64,000 bases of DNA from contig CATNEN010000025.1 in the NCBI GenBank assembly GCA_950097015.1, positions 2,294,001 to 2,358,000 on the forward strand. The letters run 5' to 3'. A model generated the notes under the pieces. It saw nothing but the letters and a program-made list of their open reading frames with translations. It searched no databases and was not told the origin of the DNA. A program made the translations under genes and the position numbers. This stretch comes from Macrostomum hystrix (lineage: Eukaryota > Animalia > Platyhelminthes). Below are positions 26,206-36,935 of the stretch, one piece after another (the stretch's first letter is position 1; every line of letters starts with the position of its first letter).

Positions 26206-26254
26206 ATTGCGGAAAAAATTCTAGTAACTTTTGAATATTTGAATTGCTATTTTT

Positions 26255-28555
26255 ATGTCTAGTAAATCAGAATCTGAGCACTCTCTTTCTACTAATTACT
26301 CAGCCTACTCTTGTCAGGCGATTTCTTCTCCCTCAAATAGTTTTTCTACAAGTAATAGGAGTTCAATTTCAAGCGAAGCCGGTGTAACGCACTCGCACAG
26401 CTGTCCTGACGCTGTGGAAACTTTTATTGGTGAAAACAATGCTGTGCCTGTGCTTGAGGAGAGTTCAGATAGCTTAGCGAATTTGGCTTCCATCTCAGAT
26501 CCCAGTGTGCAGGCGGCTCTGATTTTTCAGTGGGCAATTACTTCCGGAGTTTCAGAGGCTGCTCTTGATAGACTCCTGAAGCTACTTTCTATTTTTAGTA
26601 GAGATTCTCTAGCTCTTCCAAATAGCGTCAAGTTGCTCAAATCATTGATTCAAGATACTTGCCCTCTTGATGATAGTGACGTGTCTGAATTTGGCTTTTG
26701 CCCAGAATGCAAAAGCCAGTGTCAGGTTCATTCCCCAAAGTCAAAGGTTGCTGTGACACAGCTCAATATTGTTCCACAGCTGCGGACTATCTTAAGCAGC
26801 CACACTTCAACTATTCTGCAGTATGAGCAAGAATTGCAAAAGGATAAAAACACAGACGTTTTGAATTCCAAAATAGTTAAAGAACAAGGCTTAAGCCTAT
26901 CTTCTGGCAAGTCGCTTCACTTGCATCTTCTAATCTCAGCTGATGGCGCCAATTTTTTTGAATCTGTTCAGAGTAGCTTTTGGCCATTTCAGGCTCAACT
27001 TCTAAACCTTCCTGTTTACATCCGTCAACGCTTTGCAAATTTAATTCTAATTGCTCTTGTTTCATCGAAGGCAGTCCCGCATTTCCAGTCTTTTCTGTCT
27101 GAAATTATGAACAATTTGCCAAAACAGTTTATATTCTCGGAATACACCGTTCATGTCCATTACACACTCTTTGTTTGTGACTTGCCCGCTCTTGCTAAGC
27201 TCTTCTGCATTCACCAGTACAATGGTGCGTTTAGCTGTCCTAGGTGCTTGCACCCAGGTGAGAGCTTTAAAGTATCCGAGAAAGGTAAAAACTGGATCTT
27301 CCGCTATGGTGAAGGCTACTTGTTTCCTTTGAGAAACCCATCTTCCCATCTTGAACACTGTCGGCTCGCACAAATTCGAAATCGGCCTGTTTTTGGCGTA
27401 AAGATGCGCAGTTGCTTGTTAGACTATGTTCCGTTTCCCAGCTGCAATCCTATTGACAGTTTACACTGCTTTTTCGAAGGCCACACCAAGTATCTACTAG
27501 AAGAGCTGTCATTACCTGCAAACAGGCGCGAGTTGTATTTTTGCTCAGCTAATTGCATGGATTTCATATCTAATTGTATTCGTCAATCTATAACTCCTTC
27601 TAGCATCACAATCAACACAAATTTTAAAGGCTTTTCAGATTGGAAAGCAAAGCATTTTAAAAACTTTGCGCTATACTTTCTTCTTCCTACGTTTTTGCAG
27701 AGAATTTCGCATTTTCCATTGAAACTGCTGTTAACTAATTTAGTTCTTATTTATCACATGTTGTATAGCCCCCAATCAAATAAGACTGATATCGAAAAGC
27801 TATGCAAAGCTTTTATCTCCAATGCTCAGCAAATATTCGGACCGAAAGTACTCCGCCTTAATTTCCACCTGCTTTTGCATATGGCTGAACAGTACGAATT
27901 GTACGGACCTGTATTTAATTATTCTATGTTCGCATTTGAGAGCTCCATTGGCATGTTCAAAAAGTTCTTATGCGGAACTGTGTCATTTGGCCCACAGCTT
28001 GTTCGCAAGTTTTTGTTTCAAAAGTTGCTACATCACTACTTTTCTTGTGTTAAGGACTCTATTGTAGTGGATGCAGTTAACTCTATATCTTTAGAGCCAT
28101 CCAGGCCACATGGTATTCTTCGAAACTCACTTGCTTATTTTAATGGACATTTTTTCTCGACAAGCTCAGCTTGTGCGTCGAAAAATTCTAACCATCTTTG
28201 CCAATTGAAGTCCGGCGAAATCTGCACTATTGCAGAGTTCCTCGAGCCTAATACTATTCGAGTGCAAATTTTGGATCCCATTGGTTCGCTGTTTGATTTT
28301 GTTTTACGAGTACCAGCAGCAACTTTCCCCATCGATTTACTTAATTGGAAAGCATTGCTGGAATCCATGTTCAAAAAGTCTTCGACATTCAATTTTGTAT
28401 TGATATCCCTGTCTAATGCGCCCAGATCGGCCAGACGCGAACGTATAGTTAATTTTTCAGAGGTCGATCGACCCTGCATCGCTGTTCCAGTAGAATCGTT
28501 CAGCAAAGACTGTTATTGCGCTGTGCCATTGTTCAAAGAGTTTGAACATGATTAA
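26255..28555 (+). CDS. CMC/EnSpm-type DDE transposase, 766 aa, uninterrupted
   Basis: Motifs ISADGANF...WP...LNLP (D1), CDLPA (D2), YNGAFSCPRC (C2C), DSLH, WKAKHF, HLLLH (H3H) and YGP...SMFAFES (E) are the signature set of CMC transposases. Confidence 0.92.
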   Translation: MSSKSESEHSLSTNYSAYSCQAISSPSNSFSTSNRSSISSEAGVTHSHSCPDAVETFIGENNAVPVLEESSDSLANLASISDPSVQAALIFQWAITSGVSEAALDRLLKLLSIFSRDSLALPNSVKLLKSLIQDTCPLDDSDVSEFGFCPECKSQCQVHSPKSKVAVTQLNIVPQLRTILSSHTSTILQYEQELQKDKNTDVLNSKIVKEQGLSLSSGKSLHLHLLISADGANFFESVQSSFWPFQAQLLNLPVYIRQRFANLILIALVSSKAVPHFQSFLSEIMNNLPKQFIFSEYTVHVHYTLFVCDLPALAKLFCIHQYNGAFSCPRCLHPGESFKVSEKGKNWIFRYGEGYLFPLRNPSSHLEHCRLAQIRNRPVFGVKMRSCLLDYVPFPSCNPIDSLHCFFEGHTKYLLEELSLPANRRELYFCSANCMDFISNCIRQSITPSSITINTNFKGFSDWKAKHFKNFALYFLLPTFLQRISHFPLKLLLTNLVLIYHMLYSPQSNKTDIEKLCKAFISNAQQIFGPKVLRLNFHLLLHMAEQYELYGPVFNYSMFAFESSIGMFKKFLCGTVSFGPQLVRKFLFQKLLHHYFSCVKDSIVVDAVNSISLEPSRPHGILRNSLAYFNGHFFSTSSACASKNSNHLCQLKSGEICTIAEFLEPNTIRVQILDPIGSLFDFVLRVPAATFPIDLLNWKALLESMFKKSSTFNFVLISLSNAPRSARRERIVNFSEVDRPCIAVPVESFSKDCYCAVPLFKEFEHD

Positions 28556-28885
28556 AAAGGTACGAGTATGTGTCCGTACCTTAGATCCGATTATTTTATT
28601 ATTAATGCTGCAAAGTCTGGCAGAAAATAAAATTATGCTCCATGACCAAGATAAAACCATCAGGGAATCAGAATAACTTTCCAGATGCCCAACTTCCTCC
28701 CTCTCAGACTCCCACCGTTACCTCTCTTTGTCCGATCTCTCCATATTCAAAATCTCCAAGTTTCTGTGCGCAAATAATTGACTAATGCAGCATTAACTTC
28801 GTTTCGTAAAGGATTAGTCGGCCCTTGCCCTTAATGCGTACCGAATTCGGCTAATTCTATTTATTGACTGTTCAGTAAAATTTAC

Positions 28886-29362
28886 TGTTTTATTTTTTCT
28901 TACAGTACCTTGAAATGCGTCAAATTCTGTCTATTCTGTATCTTAAAGCTCTCTGAGCTGTTTTATTTTTTCTTACAGTACCTTGAAATGCGTCAAATTC
29001 TGTCTATTCTGTATCTTAAAGCTCTCTGAGCTGTTTTATTTTTCTTACAGTACCTTGAAATGCGTCAAATTCTGTCTATTCTGTATTTTAAAGCTCTCTG
29101 AGCTGTTTTATTTTTTCTTACAGTACCTTGAAATGCGTCAAATTCTGTCTATTCTGTATTTTAAAGCTCTCTGAGCTGTTTTATTTTTTCTTACAGTACC
29201 TTGAAATGCGTCAAATTCTGTCTATTCTGTATTTTAAAGCTCTCTGAGCTGTCTTATTTTTTCTTACAGTACCTTGAAATGCGTCAAATTCTGTCCATTC
29301 TGTATTTTAAAGCTCTCTGAGACTGAGCTGTCTTATTTTTTCTTACAGTACTTTGAAATGAA
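28886..29362. repeat. 73-bp minisatellite inside the CMC element
   Basis: TACAGTACCTTGAAATGCGTCAAATTCTG...TTTTATTTTTTCT; copies start at 28901 and 28974 (period 73), about 6 copies. Confidence 0.93.
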
Positions 29363-29782
29363 TTATGCCTAATTATCATTAATAATATAAGTCTCGAAAT
29401 GGTCATCATACGAGTTTTCAATTACTTCTACATTTAATTGCATAAGTATTTGTTCTGATACTTTTTTGTTTTGAAAGTGATTTATAAGGGAATGGAAACA
29501 TATTTCTCAGCAGCACTAAAGATGCTGCCGAATTTGTTTAGAAAATTTCAGCTTTAAAATGAACCTACGCAAACATTGCGTTCTACTAACAGTAGTGTAG
29601 TAAGGAAAATTATATTTAAAATCATACATCAATGTACATGGATGGAAAGTAACCATGGATGAAGTTTACGTGGAACCATGTATGATCAGGTATGGCTCCA
29701 TACATGTTCAGGTATGATCCATACATGGCATCATGGATGCTTCATCCATGATTTATCCATGCAAGGAGAGTAGGGTAGCACA

Positions 29783-29944
29783 CTAATCGCACTCGCGATT
29801 GGCCGAGCACCAGGTGAAGTTCTGGACTTTGTTCACAAAGACGCACCTGTTTGCTTCGAGACTGTACGGTGACGGACAATCGGCCCGAACTGGCAGAAGC
29901 TGCGAGCTGAGGAATACTAGAAAATAAATTCGACAGTGAGCCAT
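29783..29944 (-). pseudogene. Truncated secreted C-type-lectin-like coding fragment next to the transposon end
   Basis: MAHCRIYFLVFLSSQLLPVRA (signal-peptide-like) + DCPSPYSLEANRCVFV...FTWCSANREC, resembling the CP..C..W..A...C start of CTLDs; stop codon 7 bp before the element boundary. Confidence 0.4.
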
Positions 29945-31455
29945 GGTGGTTTGATTTTCGGTTGAGCTAGAATGAAAATATACATTAGCTTGCATCTACC
30001 AGTTGTATTGCTGTGCTTTTATACTCTGAACAAGCCTTGCGTAAGTTTGCTAAACGGCATCCGCCATTGGACAAGATAAAAACTGTTGTCTTTGAATTAG
30101 CTGCAGCTACTAGCTTACAGGTTCAAAAAAATTTCTCTAAGGAAAAGAGCACTTCTTCTTTCTTTCAATTACTGTGTATTTACAATTAAGCCAAAGTGTG
30201 ACTTGGAAATAAGGAAGTGCCCATATGCGTATATACCACTCGAGGTTGTCTAATGATGTTCAAACAGTAAGCATATGTGATTAGCTGAAAGTACACTTTT
30301 ACTTACTGTTTCGTGTCACAAAGTACTGCTTAATGCTCTCTGGTCTAAGGGACACCGCGCGAGTTGTCAACGACCATCAGCCTACGTCTCGGCGTCGAAG
30401 ACGTTCGAGCGAGGGCGGCCGATGACCCTTGGATGCTACTGTCGTTCACAACTGCGACCCAAGTCATCTGGTTGCATCAGCCATCGTCACCCGGGGCTAG
30501 CTCCTGTTGCTCCAGCTGAGGCAAGCAAGGCCACCGGCACGACTTCCGCCCAGTTAGCGTCGAGACGCTGGGAGCCTTCAACCCTGAGCCCCTTCAGCCC
30601 TGAGCCCCTTCAGCCCTGAGCCCCTTCAGGCCTCAGTTCCACCCCAACTTACTTCCTGTCTAAATAGGAACCGAGTTAACTTAGCTTAAAGTTTGGAATG
30701 TCCTTAACAAGCTACTTGCAGTACTAACAGAAGCCCATAAGCTTTGACAAGCAGACTCCAGAAAGAGCATCGCATTACTAAATAAAAAATGACTTGAACT
30801 GAAGAGTATGTCGGCACACAATGAGCCATGTGAGTGTGTTAATCGCCAATTCATTGAAAAATCTATGACGGGACCTATTAGATAAAAGTCTGTACAGTAT
30901 GTACACGCTGAAGAGTCTCTGTTCAGTGTGCAGTGCAGTGCTAATTTATAGATGAGAGCTCTTTTGCACGTGCATTATCTAAAAAAATTGTTCCTAGTCT
31001 GACGCCGATCCACTGGCGAAACATTTTGACAATCCTGTATTTTTCTAACAAATAATTTTTTGATATCGCTATTATTCACTTCTGTTCTCTAACTTAAGCC
31101 TTTGTCTCGAAAAAGGTCCGTATTTGACAGTGAAATATACTACTGTTGGCCCATCTAAGAGAGAACTGTGAATGAACAAATCTGACATTTCCAAATTCTC
31201 CGATCAGCCCGTGTGTCCTCTGACTATCTAAAATCACCATCAATCACAAAATCATCAGGAGTGTCTCACTTTTGTCCACACTTGTTAAACCCCAATCTCA
31301 TATCGTAAAATCCTCTGCAAAATCGTTAGTAATCATGTCAAACTGTGTCAGGAAATATCAGAATAGCAGCGGCTACTGCTGCTGTTGCTGCTCCTGTTCT
31401 TGCTCCAAGGATGCTACTATTGCTTCCGATGCTGCTGGTGCTGCTACTGTTAATT

Positions 31456-32296
31456 TGTTCTACCTCACTCTCCCGGTTCTACCCCACTCTCCCAGTTCTA
31501 CCTCAATCCCCCGGTTCTACCCCACTCTCCCAGTTCTACCTCACTCTCCCAGTTCTACCTCACTCTCCCGGTTCTACCCCACTCTCCCAGTTCTACCTCA
31601 CTCTCCCAGTTCTACCTCAATCTCCCGGTTCTACCCCACTCTCCCAGTTCTACCTCACTCTCCCAGTTCTACCGCACTCTCCCAGTTCTACCGCACTCTC
31701 CCAGTTCTACCTCAATCTCCCGGTTCTACCCCACTCTCCCAGTTCTACCTCACTCTCCCAGTTCTACCGCACTCTCCCAGTTCTACCGCACTCTCCCAGT
31801 TCTACCTCACTCTCCCAGTTCTACCTCACTCTCCCGGTTCTACCCCACTCTCCCAGTTCTACCGCACTCTCCCAGTTCTTATGAACTCTCCCAGTTCGAC
31901 CCCACTCTCCCAGTTCTACCCCACTCTCCCAGTTCTTATGAACTCTCCCAGTTCTACCGCACTCTCCCAGTTCTACCTCAATCTCCCGGTTCTACCGCAC
32001 TCTCCCAGTTCTACCGCACTCTCCCAGTTCTACCTCAATCTCCCGGTTCTACCCCACTCTCCCAGTTCTACCTCACTCTCCCAGTTCTACCGCATTCTCC
32101 CAGTTCTACCGCACTCTCCCAGTTCTACCTCACTCTCCCAGTTCTACCTCACTCTCCCGGTTCTACCCCACTCTCCCAGTTCTACCTCACTCTCCCAGTT
32201 CTACCTCACTCTCCCGGTTCTACCCCACTCTCCCAGTTCTACCTCACTCTCCCAGTTCTACCTCAATCTCCCAGTTCTACCCCATTCTCCCAGTTT
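31456..32296 (+). repeat. 19-bp C-rich minisatellite array (left arm of inverted pair)
   Basis: Unit CTCCCAGTTCTACCCCACT; gives spurious ORFs with a 19-aa period. Confidence 0.95.
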
Positions 32297-32622
32297 TAGA
32301 ATTCTACAGGGTAGAAAAGAAAGTTCTAACACAGTTTTATATTGAGTTTTTTTGTCTTTTCCAGCATGAGGTCAGTATTTTTTAGCCTGCCACTAGGGAG
32401 CCACTTCAAGCTGAGAACAATTCGCAGACAGTGTCAATCGTTTTGATGTGTTGCATAATAAGCCACAACAAGGATATTTTCTGTAAACAAATCGAATTAA
32501 TTGTAATTCTTAACGTTGTACTCCAAAATTCGTATGCTTGCTGTATGTCTGTAGATAGAATGAAAACATATCTAACAATTAATACATTATCAAATTAAGT
32601 TGAGTGTCAGTTTCTTCAACAG

Positions 32623-32868
32623 ATTGACGAAACCATCCACTTCACTGATAAAAGAGTGATTACTCAGCTAGCCAAAGTCGTAGATGTTATATTAAAGTCG
32701 ATCACACCTGATAACTTAAAGATGAAAAAGGCATCATCCGTCAGCATCGAATTTAAGGGCGAGACGGCACCATGGCCGGCTTTTCAGGAATCCAGAAAAC
32801 AGCTGGAGCAGACAGGCTCTGCGCCGACATTCGTTTCGCCAGGGTCTGAGGGCAGCAATGAGTGTGAG
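32623..32868 (+). CDS. Putative internal coding exon of an unidentified gene
   Basis: Acceptor TTTCTTCAACAG, open frame IDETIHFTDKRVITQLAKVVDVILKSITPDNLKMKK...ECE, possible donor GAG|GTAGAT; 246 nt, phase 0/0. No family recognised. Confidence 0.35.
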
Positions 32869-32884
32869 GTAGATGTGGAAGAGT

Positions 32885-34441
32885 AGGGTAGAACTGGGAG
32901 AGTGGGGTAGAACTGGGAGAGTGGGGTAGAACTGGGAGAGTGGGGTCGAACTGGGAGAGTTCATAAGAACTGGGAGAGTGGGGTAGAACTGGGAGAGTGG
33001 GGTCGAACTGGGAGAGTTCATAAGAACTGGGAGAGTGGGGTAGAACTGGGAAAGTGGGGTAGAACTGGGAAAGTGGGATAGAACTAGGAGAGTGGGGTAG
33101 AACTGGAAAATTAGGGTAGAACTGGGAGAGTGGGGTAGAACTGGGAAAGTGGGGTAGAACTGGGAGAGTTCATAAGAACTGGGAGAGTTCATAAGAACTG
33201 GGAGAGTGGGGTAGAACTGGGAAAGTGGGGTAGAACTGGGAAAGTGGGATAGAACTGGGAGAGTGGGGTAGAACTGGGAAAGTGGGGTAGAACTGGGAGA
33301 GTGGGGTAGAACTGGGAAAGTGGGGTAGAACTGGGAAAGTGGGATAGAACTGGGAGAGTGGGGTAGAACTGGGAAAGTGGGGTAGAACTGGGAGAGTGGG
33401 GTAGAACTGGGAAAGTGGGGTAGAACTGGGAGAGTTCATAAGAACTGGGAGAGTTCATAAGAACTGGGAGAGTGGGGTAGAACTGGGAAAGAGGGGTAGA
33501 ACTGGGAAAGTGGGGTAGAACTGGGAAAGTGGGGTAGAACTGGGAGAGTTCATAAGAACTGGGAGAGTTCATAAGAACTGGGAGAGTGGGGTAGAACTGG
33601 GAAAGTGGGGTAGAACTGGGAGAGTTCATAAGAACTGGGAGAGTTCATAAGAACTGGGAGAGTGGGGTAGAACTAGGAAAGTGGGGTAGAACTGGGAGAG
33701 TGGGGTAGAACTGGGAAAGTTCATAAGAACTGGGAGAGTTCATAAGAACTGGGAGAGTGGGGTAGAACTGGGAAAGTGGGGTAGAACTGGGAGAGAGGGG
33801 TAGAACTGGGAGAGAGGGATAGAACTGGGAGAGTGGGGTAGAACTGGGAAAGTGGGGTAGAACTGGGAGAGTGGGGTAGAACTGGGTGAGTGGGGTAGAA
33901 CTGGGAGAGTGGGGTAGAACTGGGAGAGTGGGGTAGAACTGGGAGAGTGGGGTAGAACTGGGAGAGAGGGGGTAGAACTGGGAGAGTTCATAAGAACTGG
34001 GAGAGTCGGGTAGAACTGGGAGAATGGGGTAGAACTGGGAGAGAGGGGTAGAACTGGGAGAGTGGGGTAGAACTGGGAGAGTTCATAAGAACTGGGAGAG
34101 TTCATAAGAACTGGGAGAGTGGGGTAGAACTGGGAGAGTGGGGTAGAACTGGGAGAGTGGGGTAGAACTGGGAGAGTGGGGTAGAACTGGGAGAGTGGGG
34201 TAGAACTGGGAGAGAGGGGTAGAACCAGGAGAGTGGACTGTGAGAGTGGGGTAGAACTGGGAGAGTGGGGTAGAACTGGGAGAGAGGGGTAGAACCAGGA
34301 GAGTGGACTGTGAGAGTGGGGTAGAACTGGCAGAGTGGGGTAGAACTGGGAAAGTGGGGTAGAACTGGGGAGAGTGGACTGTGAGAGTGGGTAGAACTGG
34401 GAGAGTGGGGTAGAACTGGGAGAGTGGGGTAGAACTGGGGA
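32885..34441 (-). repeat. 19-bp G-rich minisatellite array (right arm, reverse complement of 31456-32296)
   Basis: Unit GTAGAACTGGGAGAGTGGG(G); includes the same TTATGAACT/AGTTCATAAG variant seen in the left arm. Confidence 0.95.
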
Positions 34442-35231
34442 TTCCTACCCCCATAGCTTGTCTAAGTAAGCCATTCAGTTGTCAGCCGTGAGTCACTATC
34501 CACCAGTTCGCAATGCAATATTTGCTCACACCGGGCAGACCACAGCAGCTAATGCAACAAGCAGGTTGTCAACAGTGAGCCTTCATAGTTGAGGTGATAA
34601 GCCGAGTTATGTTTAGGCATTTCTCGTGTAAGTCTCCGTCAGTCTTACACTAAAAGATTAGCTTTAATGATTAGGAATATATTTGAAAATCGCCCAGATT
34701 ACATTGCGGAGCATTAGAATGAGGCTTTGCAGTCGTTGCGGTTTCAACATTTACATAGAGCTTCAGGACTTTGATTTGGCCCTATTCGGAATGTAAAGCA
34801 TTATCAGTTTAAAGTCATCGTGTCGAAGCTATGCTGCTCACAATTCTACACGTATTGCTGAGCTCACTTGTTTTTGTTTAAATAAAAAAATTATCCAACT
34901 TCCAAGGAGCAAGCAAGATTTTTTTAGATCATAAAGTTGTTACTTTGGGTTGTCAGTTTTTCTCGGGAGACATACGTTGCTTTGACGATGCAATAAACTT
35001 AGAAGAAACTATATTATATTCAGAACTATACGAGTTAGAATCATAAAATGATCCTTAGCCAGCGAAAATAGCTTTACATAACTACATGCTGAAGCTCTTC
35101 TGAATTGCGTAAACACTGCTTGGGTCAAGTCATTTGGAGTGACTAAACATATGTGGATTGGATTCAGGAGAAGAATGCTAATTCTCTAAAGGTAGATAAT
35201 AAACCTGAGAAACTACATAGGGAAAGATTTT

Positions 35232-35978
35232 CAATAGGAAGACAACTGAAGCTTTCAATTGGTAGATAACTGAAGCATTCAATTGGTAGATAACTGAAGC
35301 ATTCAATTGGTAGATAACTGAAGCATTCAATTGGTAGATAACTGAAGCTTTCAATTAGTAGATAACTGAAGCTTTCAACTGGTAGATAACTGAAGCTTTC
35401 AATTGGTAGATAACTGAAGCTTTCAATTAGTAGATAACTGAAGCTTTCAACTGGTAGATAACTGAAGCTTTCAATTGGTAGATAACTGAAGCTTTCAACT
35501 GGTAGATAACTGAAGCTTTCAATTGGTAGATAACTGAAGCTTTCAATTGGTAGATAACTGAAGCTTTCAACTGGTAGATAACTGAAGCTTTCAATTGGTA
35601 GATAACTGAAGCTTTCAATTAGTAGATAACTGAAGCTTTCAACTGGTAGATAACTGAAGCTTTCAATTAGTAGATAACTGAAGCTTTCAATTAGTAGATA
35701 ACTGAAGCTTTCAATTGGTAGATAACTGAATCTTTCAACTGGTAGATAACTGAAGCTTTCAATTGGTAGATAACTGAAGCTTTCAATTGGTAGATAACTG
35801 AATCTTTCAACTGGTAGATAACTGAATTTTTCAACTGGTAGATAACTGAAGCTTTCAATTGGTAGACAATTGAATCTTTCAACTGGTAGATAACTGAAGC
35901 TTTCAATTGGTAGATAACTGAAGCTTTCAATTGGTAGATAACTGAAGCTTTCAGTTGGTAGATAACTGAAGCTTTCAA
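35232..35978. repeat. 24-bp minisatellite
   Basis: Unit TAGATAACTGAAGCTTTCAATTGG, about 30 copies. Confidence 0.95.
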
Positions 35979-36644
35979 TAACAGTCATCTGAATGATCCG
36001 ACCAAAAGGAATGAATTCAAAGGACCGGCTCAGTTACGCACGTATAGGATCAATAGGTATAAATTTGAGACAAATTAAGTGCTTAAAATGATCAATTAGT
36101 TTAACTATCCGTTGAACTTACACTCAAGGGTGATCTCTTAGACACTAAAATATACCAATGGGGGCAAGACAAAGCCTCATACTGATAAGGATGCTTTTCA
36201 CTTGAGGTCCAGTCTGAGATAAAGTTTCTGAGCGGAGCCTCTTTTAATGAAACTCTCAGTGAATACAAGACACTATGCGGGACAATTCGACAGAATAAGG
36301 ATCCTTTGATATCCCGCGACCAATTATTCAGTAGTTTGGTTTCTGAGCAGTCCAGAGCATTCCGCCTCATCAATTCCTCTGCATAGGTGTAAGACATCAC
36401 GGAATGATGGCTTTGGCCTACATCTGCATGCACACTTGCAGTTGCACGGAATAGCAATTAGATTTGAATAAAGAACACTTTGGCCAACTGCCAAGCAAAG
36501 GTTCCATATACTAAATCAATAGGAAATTGTGATGGTGAATCTTGAAATTAATTCCAATGCATGAGCATTGAACATGCGCTTCAATTGTTTGGAATATTGT
36601 TTAATTGTGTAGGCACTGGACATTTGCTGTTCGCTGTTTTCAAT

Positions 36645-36935
36645 ATTTACTGTAATTCACAGCTGCATTACTGCTGTAATTCACTGCTGCATTACTGCTG
36701 TAATTCACTGCTGCATTACTGCTGTAATTCGCTGCTGCATTACTGCTGTAATTCACTGCTGCATTACTGCTGTAATTCACTGCTGCATTACTGCTGTAAT
36801 TCACTGCTGCATTACTGCTGTAATTCACTGCTGCATTACTGCTGTAATTCACTGCTGCATTACTGCTGTAATTCACTGCTGCATTACTGCTGTAATTCAC
36901 TGCTGCATTACTGCTGTAATTCACAGCTGCATTAG
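36645..36935. repeat. 24-bp minisatellite
   Basis: Unit AATTCACTGCTGCATTACTGCTGT, about 12 copies. Confidence 0.95.

Larger units (their letters stand above)
23118..29775 (+). mobile_element. Full-length CMC (CACTA/EnSpm-Mirage-Chapaev) superfamily DNA transposon, 6658 bp
   Basis: Left end CCCTACTCTCTTATCATGGATAAATCAT; the right end reverse-complements to CCCTACTCTCCTTGCATGGATAAATCAT. TA flanks both ends (23116-17, 29776-77). CATGG-rich subterminal repeats, internal transposase and accessory gene. Confidence 0.88.

Noticed and set aside
28886-29362. CRISPR-like array
   Set aside because: Units are head-to-tail with no unique spacers; eukaryotic context, no cas genes. The same applies to all other arrays in the window.
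31272-34454. Multiple Pro/Ser-rich ORFs (PVLPHSPSST...)
   Set aside because: All derive from the 19-bp minisatellite read in different frames and strands.
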